Below are positions 12,048 through 21,390 of a DNA stretch of 64,000 nt, piece after piece. The stretch is taken from positions 112,088 to 176,087 of IMG/VR virus record IMGVR_UViG_3300042731_005759; one strand, given 5' to 3'. Each line of letters opens with the position of its first letter. Position 1 is the stretch's first letter. The position numbers and the translations under genes were made by a program. Origin of the DNA: a virus. The notes under the pieces are model-generated. The model did no database searches. It had not been told where the DNA came from and worked only from the letters and a program-made list of their open reading frames with translations.

Positions 12048-12120
12048 TAGGACGGGACGTGTAGAAATACACGTAAGGTTGGTAGTCCCTGGGATGTGGT
12101 GTTCTCAGGGACTTTTTTTT
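12048..12120 (+). ncRNA. Candidate small structured RNA
   Basis: GC-richer island downstream of the promoter, containing an ACGTGTA-GAAA-TACACGT hairpin (12057-12074) followed by a terminator. Confidence 0.45.
12084..12120 (+). terminator. Intrinsic terminator
   Basis: AGTCCCTGGGA/TCTCAGGGACT 11-bp stem (one G-U pair) followed by a T-run. Confidence 0.75.
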
Positions 12121-12147
12121 GTCAAAAATTTTTCGTATACTTTTACT

Positions 12148-13086
12148 ATGACCACCAATGAAACAGACTTTTCTCCAATTATAGACGTTTTAGAAGACGT
12201 TTTTGGTGATTATAAAAATCACAATGACTATAGAGGTCAAATATCTTTTGACTGCCCTGTATGTTCCTATGAAATAAAGGGGTTAGATGCGGGTGATGGA
12301 AAGGGAAATCTCGAAATAAACTATAAAATGTTTGTTTATAAGTGTTGGTCGTGTGCGGAAACTCACGACACACATGGACACTTATCTAAGTTGGTTAGAA
12401 AATATGGATCACCACGACAGATTAAACAATTTTTCTTGTTTCTACCTGATGAATTCATACAGGAGAAACAACAATATAAAAAAGTAAAGTTACCTTACAG
12501 TTTTACTCCATTTTCAGAAGTAACTGAAGGACAAAAACTTACACATTATTATAAACAAGCGATTAGATACATAAACTCAAGGAATATAACACCTGAAATG
12601 TTAGAAAAATATAAAATTGGGTACTGTACCGAGGGTTTGTACGAGAATCGAATTGTCGTACCATCTTATGATGGAAACGACAATCTAAATTATTTTGTTG
12701 CGAGATCATATTTGAGTTATTCTAAATTAAAATATAGAAATCCACAAGCGGATAAAGAGAAATTGATTTGGAATGAACATTTAATAGATTGGGAAAAACC
12801 AATTTATTTAGTAGAGGGGGTATTTGATAGTCTATTTGTTGAAAATTCAATACCTCTATTGGGTAAATTCCTAAATAATAACTTGTTTGAAAAGTTATAT
12901 GATAATGCGAAGAAAATCATCATCGTGTTAGATGGTGATGCGTGGGATGATGCCGAAAGATTATACCATAGAATAAACGGAGGTAAGTTAATGGGTAAAA
13001 TATGGATCATTAAACTACCAATCGATAATGATATTGCGGATTTGAGAGGAGATCTCTCCAAATATCAAGAAATACAATTAGATTAA
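12148..13086 (+). CDS. dnaG: DNA primase (Zn finger + TOPRIM)
   Basis: CPVC..CWSC, RIVVPSY, LVEGVFD, VLDGDA; start moved to ATG 12148, downstream of the terminator. Confidence 0.85.
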   Translation: MTTNETDFSPIIDVLEDVFGDYKNHNDYRGQISFDCPVCSYEIKGLDAGDGKGNLEINYKMFVYKCWSCAETHDTHGHLSKLVRKYGSPRQIKQFFLFLPDEFIQEKQQYKKVKLPYSFTPFSEVTEGQKLTHYYKQAIRYINSRNITPEMLEKYKIGYCTEGLYENRIVVPSYDGNDNLNYFVARSYLSYSKLKYRNPQADKEKLIWNEHLIDWEKPIYLVEGVFDSLFVENSIPLLGKFLNNNLFEKLYDNAKKIIIVLDGDAWDDAERLYHRINGGKLMGKIWIIKLPIDNDIADLRGDLSKYQEIQLD

Positions 13087-13940
13087 TGAATTTAAAGGAA
13101 GAATCAGAGAAAATTAGAAAGGTTTTAGATAGGAGACGAAAAGAACTCGACCTATCATTTATAGAGGAAGATCATTTATACTATATGAGAGGTAAAGAAG
13201 GTATAATTAGGTCTAATTACCCATCTGTTTCTAAAATTATCAAGAAATTTTACGAAGAGTTTGACGCTGAAGGTATCTCCTTAAGAATGGCGAAAGGTAA
13301 CATACAAAGACAAAAGGAATTATTACAAGAATGGAAAGATAAAGGTACTTATGCGACTAATCAGGGTAGTAGAGTACACTATATACTTGAAAAGGTACTC
13401 ATTGAACAGTATGGTGACTATAAAAACGTTAGGGAACCGATTTATCAATGTGATGATGAACAAATACAAAGAAGTGACAACATGATAAATGCGGGTAAAG
13501 ACTTCTTGAAACTGATGCACGAAAGAAATGCAGTATTATTAGACACCGAGATCGTATTAGGTGATCCCGAGTTAGGTTATGTGGGTCAACCCGATAAAGT
13601 ATGGTTAGTAGAAAATAAACAAGGTACTGATTACGGTATTTTGATAACAGATTGGAAAACAAATAAACCCGAAAACTTCAAAAAACAGAGATACACTAAA
13701 AAGATGTATTCTCCATTTGATAATATAGATAGTACTGCACTTGGACACTACTATTTACAACTACCATTTTATGGTAAACTACTTCTAAAAATGTTAGAAG
13801 GTACTGAATATGGTGATAAAAAATTATTAGGGAACATTGTAGTTCTTGTAAAAGAAGATGGTTCCTTTGAAGAGTATAAAGTCCCTGTTGAGGTAACTCA
13901 AAAGATACTTCTCATGGACATGGATAAAATTTTAAAATAA
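13086..13940 (+). CDS. PD-(D/E)XK exonuclease (Cas4/RecB-like fold)
   Basis: PSVS, GSRVH, GQPDKVW, ITDWKTN, YYLQLPFY. Confidence 0.8.
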   Translation: MNLKEESEKIRKVLDRRRKELDLSFIEEDHLYYMRGKEGIIRSNYPSVSKIIKKFYEEFDAEGISLRMAKGNIQRQKELLQEWKDKGTYATNQGSRVHYILEKVLIEQYGDYKNVREPIYQCDDEQIQRSDNMINAGKDFLKLMHERNAVLLDTEIVLGDPELGYVGQPDKVWLVENKQGTDYGILITDWKTNKPENFKKQRYTKKMYSPFDNIDSTALGHYYLQLPFYGKLLLKMLEGTEYGDKKLLGNIVVLVKEDGSFEEYKVPVEVTQKILLMDMDKILK

Positions 13941-14383
13941 TGATTAGATACGAAGGTAAAAAAATAGGTTTCACGGCAGGAAATTTTGATCTGTTGCATC
14001 CTGGTTATATATACACCTTTGAAACTGCGAAAGAACACTGTGATTGGTTTATTGTTTTTTTACAGAGAGACCCATCACTACATAGAAAAAGTAAATATAA
14101 ACCAGTGATACCAGTCTATGAAAGATATAAAACTTTAATGTCGATAAAATATATTGATGAGGTTTTCATGTATCAAACTGAAGAAGAATTATTAGATCTA
14201 ATTAAATTCTTTAAACCAGATGTTAGAATTTTAGGTGAAGACTACATAGGTAAAGATTTCACAGGTAAAGACTTACCGATTGAAGTGATTTATACAACTA
14301 GATCACACGATTGGTCAACAACGAAAATAAAAGATTTAATCACAAGACAAACGATTGAACAAAACCCAAATATTTTAAAATGA
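13940..14383 (+). CDS. Cytidylyltransferase-family protein (TagD-like) 1
   Basis: TAGNFDLLHPGY, ER..L.SIKYIDEV, GEDY, RSHDWSTT. Confidence 0.85.
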   Translation: MIRYEGKKIGFTAGNFDLLHPGYIYTFETAKEHCDWFIVFLQRDPSLHRKSKYKPVIPVYERYKTLMSIKYIDEVFMYQTEEELLDLIKFFKPDVRILGEDYIGKDFTGKDLPIEVIYTTRSHDWSTTKIKDLITRQTIEQNPNILK

Positions 14384-14808
14384 GTAAACCAAAAATAGGT
14401 GTTGTTGCGGGTAATTTTGACATAATTCATCCAGGTTATATTGAGATGTTTAGGGAGTGTAGTCAACAATGCGAGGAATTTCATGTCTTATTACACACAG
14501 ATCCTTCTATTGAAAGACCACATAAATTAAAACCAATATTGAGTGTTGAGGAAAGATTTAAAGTACTAATGTCTATTAGATACATAACTAATATACATAT
14601 ATATACATTTGAAAAGGAATTAGTAAAATTATTAGAGACAGTCAAACCTGATGTTAGATTTTTAGGTGATGATTATAGGGAGAAGAAGTTTACTGGTGAT
14701 CATCTCGATATACCTATCTATTATTTGAATAGAGATCATGGATGGAGTACAACTAAATTTAAAAAACTTATACACGATGAGTATAGAAGACAAGTGGAAT
14801 CTGATTGA
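14380..14808 (+). CDS. Cytidylyltransferase-family protein (TagD-like) 2
   Basis: AGNFDIIHPGY, GDDY, RDHGWSTT; paralog of the upstream gene. Confidence 0.85.
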   Translation: MSKPKIGVVAGNFDIIHPGYIEMFRECSQQCEEFHVLLHTDPSIERPHKLKPILSVEERFKVLMSIRYITNIHIYTFEKELVKLLETVKPDVRFLGDDYREKKFTGDHLDIPIYYLNRDHGWSTTKFKKLIHDEYRRQVESD

Positions 14809-14935
14809 CGAAAAACTTGGTGTTGTTTATAGTAATTTAGGTATTTGTTGTCAAGATTATTGTGATGCGGCAAGTGCAATACATAACTTAGAAGAAGTTA
14901 TGGATTTATTAGTTGATATAAGAAAAGAAAAATGA
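14777..14935 (+). CDS. Small hypothetical protein (52 aa)
   Basis: ATG at 14777 in the listed frame; fills the gap and has an ATGA overlap with the next gene. Confidence 0.55.
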   Translation: MSIEDKWNLIDEKLGVVYSNLGICCQDYCDAASAIHNLEEVMDLLVDIRKEK

Positions 14936-15735
14936 TAAAGAAGATTATACATACGGCAGATATACACATTCGTAGGAATCAACACCACGAAAATTATCAA
15001 AAACAATTTGAGAAGTTTATCGAAGACGCGAAAGAAAAATTAAAAGATTATGATTACGATGAGGTTAGAGTCGTTATTGCGGGAGACCTTGTTCATGAGA
15101 AAATCAACATCTCAAATGAACAGTTAGTCGTTACCTCAAAATTCTTAAACGACATAACTAACGAGTTAGGTAAGGTCGTTATTATACCTGGTAATCATGA
15201 TTTCTTGGAAAACAATCATGAAAGAGTTGATAGTATCACACCTGTTGTAGATATGTTACAAAATGATAATATTATCTATTACAAAGATAGTGGTGTATAT
15301 GAAGACGAAAACATAAACTGGGTTGTATACTCATTATACCAACACAACCAAAGACCTAAGTTTGAGAAGGACGGTAAATTCTATGTTGGTTTATTTCATA
15401 GTCCAATTCAAGGGTTGGCGACAGACACTGGTTATGAGTTCGATGATGCATACTCACCTCTTAATTTTAGAGGATTAGACATACTTTTATGTGGTGATAT
15501 ACATAAAAGACAAGTATTTGAATTACCTGATGGTGGACAAGCTATTATGGTGGGATCGATGATACAACAAAATTTCGGTGAAACAGTAAATTATCATGGG
15601 TATGGTATTTATGATGTAGAGACTAATGATTATGAGTTCGTTGATTTAGATAACGAACAACCATTTTTACATTTCTCCATAAACGACATCAAAGATATCG
15701 AAAATGAAACCGAAACACTCCTTAACCTTAAGTAA
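14932..15735 (+). CDS. sbcD: SbcD/Mre11/gp47-like metallophosphoesterase nuclease
   Basis: TADIH, AGDLVH, PGNHD, GDIHKRQ, GSMIQQNFGE. Confidence 0.85.
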   Translation: MIKKIIHTADIHIRRNQHHENYQKQFEKFIEDAKEKLKDYDYDEVRVVIAGDLVHEKINISNEQLVVTSKFLNDITNELGKVVIIPGNHDFLENNHERVDSITPVVDMLQNDNIIYYKDSGVYEDENINWVVYSLYQHNQRPKFEKDGKFYVGLFHSPIQGLATDTGYEFDDAYSPLNFRGLDILLCGDIHKRQVFELPDGGQAIMVGSMIQQNFGETVNYHGYGIYDVETNDYEFVDLDNEQPFLHFSINDIKDIENETETLLNLK

Positions 15736-16204
15736 GGAATTCTTAGATTTTTGTGAAATTAACGAGATCGATAAGATCGACGAGTTAGCACGAGACACCT
15801 TTGAAAGGGGATTCACTATTATAAAATTTGGTGAGACACCGTCTATAGTAAAAGGTAAAGAGACAATCAAAGAAATAGAAAAGGAAGTAGTAAAAGAGGT
15901 AGAAATAATAAAAGAGGTTGAGGTACCAGTAGAAGTAATTAAAGAAGTAAAGGTTGAGGTACCAGTAGAAGTGGTAAAAGAGGTACCAATAAAAGGTGAC
16001 ACGAAAGTAGTAACCAAAGAGGTAATTAAAGAAGTTGAGGTCGAGAAACCTATATACATTACTGACGACAAAGAGATAGAGAAATTAAAAAAGGAAAACA
16101 AAAAACTTCAGGAAGATCTCAACAAAATCACAGAATCACTTACTAATTTCAATAGAGCCAAATACATGAAGAATTCTGATTTGAATTCATTATATGGTGA
16201 GTAA
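15704..16204 (+). CDS. Hypothetical protein with VIKEVEVPVE repeats
   Basis: Low-complexity V/E/K repeats followed by a coiled coil. Confidence 0.7.
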   Translation: MKPKHSLTLSKEFLDFCEINEIDKIDELARDTFERGFTIIKFGETPSIVKGKETIKEIEKEVVKEVEIIKEVEVPVEVIKEVKVEVPVEVVKEVPIKGDTKVVTKEVIKEVEVEKPIYITDDKEIEKLKKENKKLQEDLNKITESLTNFNRAKYMKNSDLNSLYGE

Positions 16205-16210
16205 AGGGGG

Positions 16211-16239
16211 TTGACTTTCCCAATATAATTGTGTATCAT
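16211..16239 (+). promoter_or_regulatory. Sigma70-type promoter
   Basis: TTGACT-N17-TATCAT. Confidence 0.7.
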
Positions 16240-16245
16240 TTTTAT

Positions 16246-16557
16246 ATGGTAGATATATTATTGTTTTGGGCTTTGTCCGCTTACGGAATGACAACCATTT
16301 TAGTATACGGTTCAATATTCGAGGGTTTAAGAGAATTTATATCCAAACACTCCAAATTTTTCGGTGAACTTATAAACTGCCCCCTATGTACATCTACATG
16401 GGTTGGTTTTTTCTTTTCAATATGTTTCGGTGGACTTACCGTCAAGTATTTTGACGTAGGTTATTTCGGGATATTCTTTGATGGGATGTATACCGCGGGT
16501 ATTGTATGGGTAATAAACGCAATAACTGAATTCTTTGAAGAAAGCAGGATTAAATAG
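16246..16557 (+). CDS. Membrane protein, DUF1360-like
   Basis: Hydrophobic helices and ELINCPLCTSTWVG; ATG at 16246, downstream of the promoter. Confidence 0.6.
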   Translation: MVDILLFWALSAYGMTTILVYGSIFEGLREFISKHSKFFGELINCPLCTSTWVGFFFSICFGGLTVKYFDVGYFGIFFDGMYTAGIVWVINAITEFFEESRIK

Positions 16558-16567
16558 TCATGAGTGA

Positions 16568-17086
16568 ATGTTTATACCAGGTAAGTTTAATGATACACTC
16601 ATAAGAAATGCGGTTATTGATTTCTTTAAAAAGAAATTTAAGATCGAATTAAAACACAATGATCTACATAATAAGATAGATTTAGTTGGAGTAAAAGATC
16701 CATACTTAGGGGTTGAGGTCGAACATGGTAAATGGAGTGGAGATTTTTGGAAAAATGATAACTACTCTTTGATTTCTGAACAAAAGTTTAGAACAGCGAA
16801 CATCCCCTCAAGAAAAGAAAAATATTGGTTAGACGAATTTATTTCACATAGAAAGAAACGTCAGAATCCAAGTAGTACTAAAAATATATTTGTCAGGTCC
16901 AATATAGATTTTAGTCAGTTTTTAGTGATTAGACCTGAGACGATAAGAGACACTAAAAAATTGATTAGAACAAACTTTAAACCTAATAATAGTAATGATG
17001 TGGAGACATGGTTATCTTTTAAAAAAGAACATGTTGAGACATATAATCTAAAGAATGGTAGGTTTATAAAACAAAGAACTAAATGA
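16568..17086 (+). CDS. Basic hypothetical protein, possible PD-(D/E)XK-type endonuclease
   Basis: KIDLV...GVEVEH motif; Lys/Arg-rich. Confidence 0.4.
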   Translation: MFIPGKFNDTLIRNAVIDFFKKKFKIELKHNDLHNKIDLVGVKDPYLGVEVEHGKWSGDFWKNDNYSLISEQKFRTANIPSRKEKYWLDEFISHRKKRQNPSSTKNIFVRSNIDFSQFLVIRPETIRDTKKLIRTNFKPNNSNDVETWLSFKKEHVETYNLKNGRFIKQRTK

Positions 17087-19425
17087 GTTATGTCAATCCC
17101 CACATTAAGGTAACTTGGGCTGACACTTCAGAGTCATTTACACCAGAAAAAATCAAGTCAGTAAAAGAGTATTTTAAACAAAAATACAATACTCGATTTG
17201 TAAAGGTAATTACTAAAATCGTTGATGAGAGTAGTGACGCGGTATTGAAGTCACTTGAAGTATCTGATAGTATCTTAGAACCCGAATATCAAAAAAAGTT
17301 GATGAAAGACTTTTTAAAAGAAAATGATATTAAGGTTAACATAGACTATATAGATAGATTAGATAATAAGGTCAATGAAGAACTATTCCAAAAAGAAGAA
17401 AATAGAGTAAAATATAATAGATGGTATGTAAAGACCATTGAATTTGATAATTTCCTTTCTTTTGGTAAAGGAAATAAAATTGATTTTACTGAATTGGATG
17501 GAATCACAGTTGTTGAATCCACACCAAGAAACTTTGGAGGTAAGACCACCGCAACTGTAGATCTATTACTTTTCTTGTTTTTCAATACAACAACCAAAGC
17601 AACTAAAAACTCTGAAATTTTTAATAGATTCCTTAAAGATTCAAGTTATGTTAGGGCAAAAGGGGTGATTAGTATAGATGGTGATGACTATATTATTGAG
17701 AGAACTATTTCAAGAAAACTTAATAGATCAAACGAGTTTAATGTTAGTGGTGAATTGTCATTCAGTAAGATTCTTCCTGACGGTACAACACAAAATTTAT
17801 CAGGAGAACAAAGAAGAGAAACTGAAAAGTTTATCACTACAGCTATAGGTACACAAGAAGATTTTCTTTCAACGATATTAACCACTGGTTCAAACTTAGA
17901 GAGTCTAATAGAATCAAAACCAACTGCAAGAGGACAGATACTATCTAAATTCTTAGGATTAGACAATCTTAGAGAGAAAGAAAGAATTTGTAGTTCACTT
18001 AAAAATGATTATTCTAAAAAATTAATATCTAATACTAATAATAGATTCACTTTAGAACAGGATATTGAAAAGTATCATAAAGATATTATAGAGAAAGATG
18101 AATTGATCCAACAAAAGAATAAATCATTAGACGATTTTACTAATAACCTTAAACAATTAGAAGATAGAAAAGAGAAGATCCTCAGCGAGAAACATACGGA
18201 TGTAGATGAAGACTTAGTAAAGACCAACCCAACAACAATAAAAAGAGAAATCAGCGATGTAAATGATAAGATTAAGTCGATATCGAAAACATTAAAAGAA
18301 ACGAAAGTAAAGGAACCTAAAGAATATTATTTAGAAGATAAACATGATTCAATTAAAGACAAAATTAGGGACCTAAACTTCCAAGTGAAAGAGGATGAAC
18401 TGACAATAGAAAGACACCAAGATAAAATCAAACAATTAACAGAAGGTAGTGTGTGTCCGACGTGTAAAAGACCTTTGGAGGGTGTAGACCACACAAAAGA
18501 AATTGATTCAATAAAAAAAGAAATAAAGACTGTAGAGACAAACATTAAGAAAACGAATAAAAATGTCGACAAATCTACTGAAGAGGAAAAGAAATTCTCT
18601 ACACTTAAAAAGGAATATGATCTTTATGAGAGAAACAAATTGGTCAATGCGAGATATGAGTTAGAGATAGATCAAAAGAAACTTGATTTAGAGAAATTAC
18701 AACAAAAGTTAGATTATTTTGAAACTAACAAAAAGAAACATGAAAGAAATATCGAGATTAACAAAGAACTTATTATCTTAAGGACTAAGATCGATACTGC
18801 ATCATCAGAAATCAAACAATGTAATATACAAATTGAGAGATCCAAAAACGAAATTAGTAATCTGAAAGAGAGAATAGAGACCAATAAACAATTGATTGTA
18901 AAAATTAAACAAGAGGAAGAAATCATTAAGACTTATGACATTTATATGTCTGTGTTTGGGAAAAATGGTATATCCAAAACAATACTAAAAAGAATGATAC
19001 CACTTTTGAATATGGAACTGAGTCATCTACTTGATGATAGTTGTTTCTTTAAATTGGAAGTGAGTATGAATAAAAAGAACGAACTTGAATTTATGATGAT
19101 TGATAGTGACACGAGAGTAGTGAAACCATTATTCGCAGGTTCAGGTTACGAAAAGACAATTGCGTCTTTAGCACTAAGAAGTGTTTTAACAAAAGTTTCA
19201 TCTTTACCTAAACCAAATATTGTGGTTATGGACGAAGTTTTTGGTAAAATTGCGGATGAGAATCTTGAGATGGTTGGTGAGTTCTTTAAGAAGATAAAAA
19301 ATTATTTTGAACATATTTTTGTGATATCACACAACCCTCTTGTAAGGAACTGGTCAGACAATTTATTGATGATTGAGAAAGAAGAAAATATATCAACAAT
19401 CAAGTCTGTATCGGTAAAAATTTAA
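17083..19425 (+). CDS. sbcC: SbcC/Rad50/gp46-like ATPase
   Basis: NFLSFG, Walker A NFGGKTT, coiled coils, CPTC zinc hook, GSGYE signature, VMDEVFG, VISHN. Confidence 0.9.
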   Translation: MSYVNPHIKVTWADTSESFTPEKIKSVKEYFKQKYNTRFVKVITKIVDESSDAVLKSLEVSDSILEPEYQKKLMKDFLKENDIKVNIDYIDRLDNKVNEELFQKEENRVKYNRWYVKTIEFDNFLSFGKGNKIDFTELDGITVVESTPRNFGGKTTATVDLLLFLFFNTTTKATKNSEIFNRFLKDSSYVRAKGVISIDGDDYIIERTISRKLNRSNEFNVSGELSFSKILPDGTTQNLSGEQRRETEKFITTAIGTQEDFLSTILTTGSNLESLIESKPTARGQILSKFLGLDNLREKERICSSLKNDYSKKLISNTNNRFTLEQDIEKYHKDIIEKDELIQQKNKSLDDFTNNLKQLEDRKEKILSEKHTDVDEDLVKTNPTTIKREISDVNDKIKSISKTLKETKVKEPKEYYLEDKHDSIKDKIRDLNFQVKEDELTIERHQDKIKQLTEGSVCPTCKRPLEGVDHTKEIDSIKKEIKTVETNIKKTNKNVDKSTEEEKKFSTLKKEYDLYERNKLVNARYELEIDQKKLDLEKLQQKLDYFETNKKKHERNIEINKELIILRTKIDTASSEIKQCNIQIERSKNEISNLKERIETNKQLIVKIKQEEEIIKTYDIYMSVFGKNGISKTILKRMIPLLNMELSHLLDDSCFFKLEVSMNKKNELEFMMIDSDTRVVKPLFAGSGYEKTIASLALRSVLTKVSSLPKPNIVVMDEVFGKIADENLEMVGEFFKKIKNYFEHIFVISHNPLVRNWSDNLLMIEKEENISTIKSVSVKI

Positions 19426-19444
19426 TAAAATTTTAACAAACCCG

Positions 19445-19474
19445 TTGTATAATAAAATATTTTGTTTAACTTTG
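19445..19474 (+). promoter_or_regulatory. Bacteroidota housekeeping-type promoter
   Basis: TTG-N19-TAACTTTG upstream of clpP. Confidence 0.55.
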
Positions 19475-19491
19475 AAAAAACGATTAACCTT

Positions 19492-20166
19492 ATGATACCA
19501 AAAGAATATACTAGTTTTAATTTGTATGCTAAAGACCACAAAATTAGTGGTTCAGATTTACATTATTACAATAAACAAATTGAAAATAGTTTAACCCCGT
19601 ACATCTTAGAAGAGAGACAACTTAACGTTACTGTTATGGATGTTTTTTCTCGTTTGATGATGGAAAGAATTATATGGGTTGCAGGACCTGTAAATGACAA
19701 CATGTCGACTATCGTTCAGGCACAGTTAATGTTCTTGGACAGTTTAGATCATAATGACATTACAATGCATATCGACACACCAGGAGGTTCAGTTAAGTCA
19801 GGATTGTCTATGGTGGATGTTATGGATTACATCAACTCTGATATCAGAACCATCAATACAGGAATGGCGGCATCAATGGGTTCTATTTTACTTGGTGCAG
19901 GAACAAAAGGTAAAAGAGGTTCTTTGTCTTTTTCAAGAACGATGTTACATCAATCTAGTGGTGGTTTCCGTGGGAATATACAAGATGCAGAAATCGATAT
20001 GACTGAATGGAAAAAATTAAACAAACAACTATTTGAACTTTTGGGATCGTACTGTGGTAAGAAACCAGAAGTGGTTATGAATGATGCCACAAGAGACATG
20101 TGGTTATCCGCTGAAGAGGCTGTAGAGTACGGTATCATAGATAATGTTGTCAAGAAAAAAAAATGA
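19492..20166 (+). CDS. clpP: ATP-dependent Clp protease proteolytic subunit
   Basis: TPYILEERQLNVTVMDVFSRLMM, DTPGGSV, GMAASMGS, MLHQ, RDMWLSAEEAVEYGIID; ATG at 19492. Confidence 0.95.
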   Translation: MIPKEYTSFNLYAKDHKISGSDLHYYNKQIENSLTPYILEERQLNVTVMDVFSRLMMERIIWVAGPVNDNMSTIVQAQLMFLDSLDHNDITMHIDTPGGSVKSGLSMVDVMDYINSDIRTINTGMAASMGSILLGAGTKGKRGSLSFSRTMLHQSSGGFRGNIQDAEIDMTEWKKLNKQLFELLGSYCGKKPEVVMNDATRDMWLSAEEAVEYGIIDNVVKKKK

Positions 20167-20180
20167 AGTATTTATAAGTG

Positions 20181-20891
20181 ATGGGCAAAAAAGGATTCGT
20201 AGGTAAGTTTCTAAATTTAGATATTAAGACTGTAATAATCATCGGTCTTGGTGTTGTACTACTACTTAGAAACTGTACAGGGTCCGATTCAAACAAAGAC
20301 ATTGAAATTGTTAAGGTAGACGGTAAAGACTACGAACTACTTGAAAGAAAGATTGATACTGTAGTTGTTGAAAAGGAAGTAATCGTTGAGAAGTACGTTC
20401 CTAAGTATATAACAAAAGTAGAGACAGTCGAAGTTCAAATACCTGTTGATGTTGATAGTTTGGCCATCGTAAGAAAATACTTCGAGACGTATGTTGTTAA
20501 AGACACTCTCAATCTCACTTATGATTTTCCAAAAGAAGTTACTGATGGTGAAGGAAACAAACCTGACAGTACATTAGGTTTTGGTATCTTAACTGATAAG
20601 ATAACTCAGAATCAAATAGTAGAAAGAGACGTTAAATGGAATTTCAGAATTCCAACAGTATATAATACAACAATAGTAAAGGATCCACCTAAAAACCAAT
20701 TGTATTATGGGTTTAATCTCGGTGTAAATAAGACTGATGTTTTTTCTTCCGCTTCGGGAGGTCTTATCCTTAAGACAAAACAAGACAAGTTATATCAATT
20801 AAATCTTGGTGTCCAAAACGCAGAGGGCACGGGACTCACACCGTATGTATCAGGGGGACTTTTTTGGAAAATTAATCTAAAGAAAGACTAA
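20181..20891 (+). CDS. N-terminally membrane-anchored protein with C-terminal amphipathic beta-strands (possible lysis/spanin-like)
   Basis: TM segment followed by RNC; C-term LYYGFNLGV..YVSGGLFWKI. Confidence 0.5.
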   Translation: MGKKGFVGKFLNLDIKTVIIIGLGVVLLLRNCTGSDSNKDIEIVKVDGKDYELLERKIDTVVVEKEVIVEKYVPKYITKVETVEVQIPVDVDSLAIVRKYFETYVVKDTLNLTYDFPKEVTDGEGNKPDSTLGFGILTDKITQNQIVERDVKWNFRIPTVYNTTIVKDPPKNQLYYGFNLGVNKTDVFSSASGGLILKTKQDKLYQLNLGVQNAEGTGLTPYVSGGLFWKINLKKD

Positions 20892-20892
20892 A

Positions 20893-21336
20893 ATGGAAAC
20901 ATACATTCTATTTTTATACGGCATGTTCGATGACATGGAGGATATAGAATTCTATTGTAATGAGGTTCTACTCCAAAATAGTGCCGTACATAGATTAAAA
21001 TTTATTGTAGAAAATAATAGGAACCTTGTAATAATTTTACAAACTAAACAAGGTCATGATGAATTTTCTAAGTCACTCCATAAGGATTTGACAATGGATA
21101 ACGTAAAATTTTATTTCATGTTTAGAAGAGACGAAATGATTTCGGCTCACCTACCACAAGAAGTAAAAGATTTTATATTCGGAAATGTAGAAGACAGATA
21201 CTTATCAGTTCAATACAGTAGACCGAAAAAAGTAGTTTCCCTTGATGTTGATGAAATATTAGAGAAGATCAAAAAAGAGGGAATTGATAGTTTAACTGTT
21301 GAGGAAAAAAAGTTCCTTGACGATTTTGAAAATTAA
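20893..21336 (+). CDS. Hypothetical protein with a DUF6576-like C-terminus
   Basis: VDEILEKIKKEGIDSLTVEEKKFLD. Confidence 0.55.
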   Translation: METYILFLYGMFDDMEDIEFYCNEVLLQNSAVHRLKFIVENNRNLVIILQTKQGHDEFSKSLHKDLTMDNVKFYFMFRRDEMISAHLPQEVKDFIFGNVEDRYLSVQYSRPKKVVSLDVDEILEKIKKEGIDSLTVEEKKFLDDFEN

Positions 21337-21390
21337 AAAAATAATTGTATATTAGTACTTATCGTTTCACATTAAAATAAATTAGACCGC

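Noticed and set aside
11398-12120. RuvC-like gene plus adjacent RNA as a minimal RNA-guided nuclease (GLDI..GWA resembles Cas9 RuvC-I)
   Set aside because: The 201-aa protein is fully accounted for by a resolvase fold, with no bridge helix, HNH or Zn-finger insert, and it sits in a replication-gene context
13086-13940. Cas4 as part of a CRISPR system
   Set aside because: No Fe-S Cys cluster, cas genes or array; consistent with a typical phage exonuclease
20155-20166. A9 run at the clpP end as a second frameshift
   Set aside because: Both shifted frames stop within a few codons and do not fuse to the next gene
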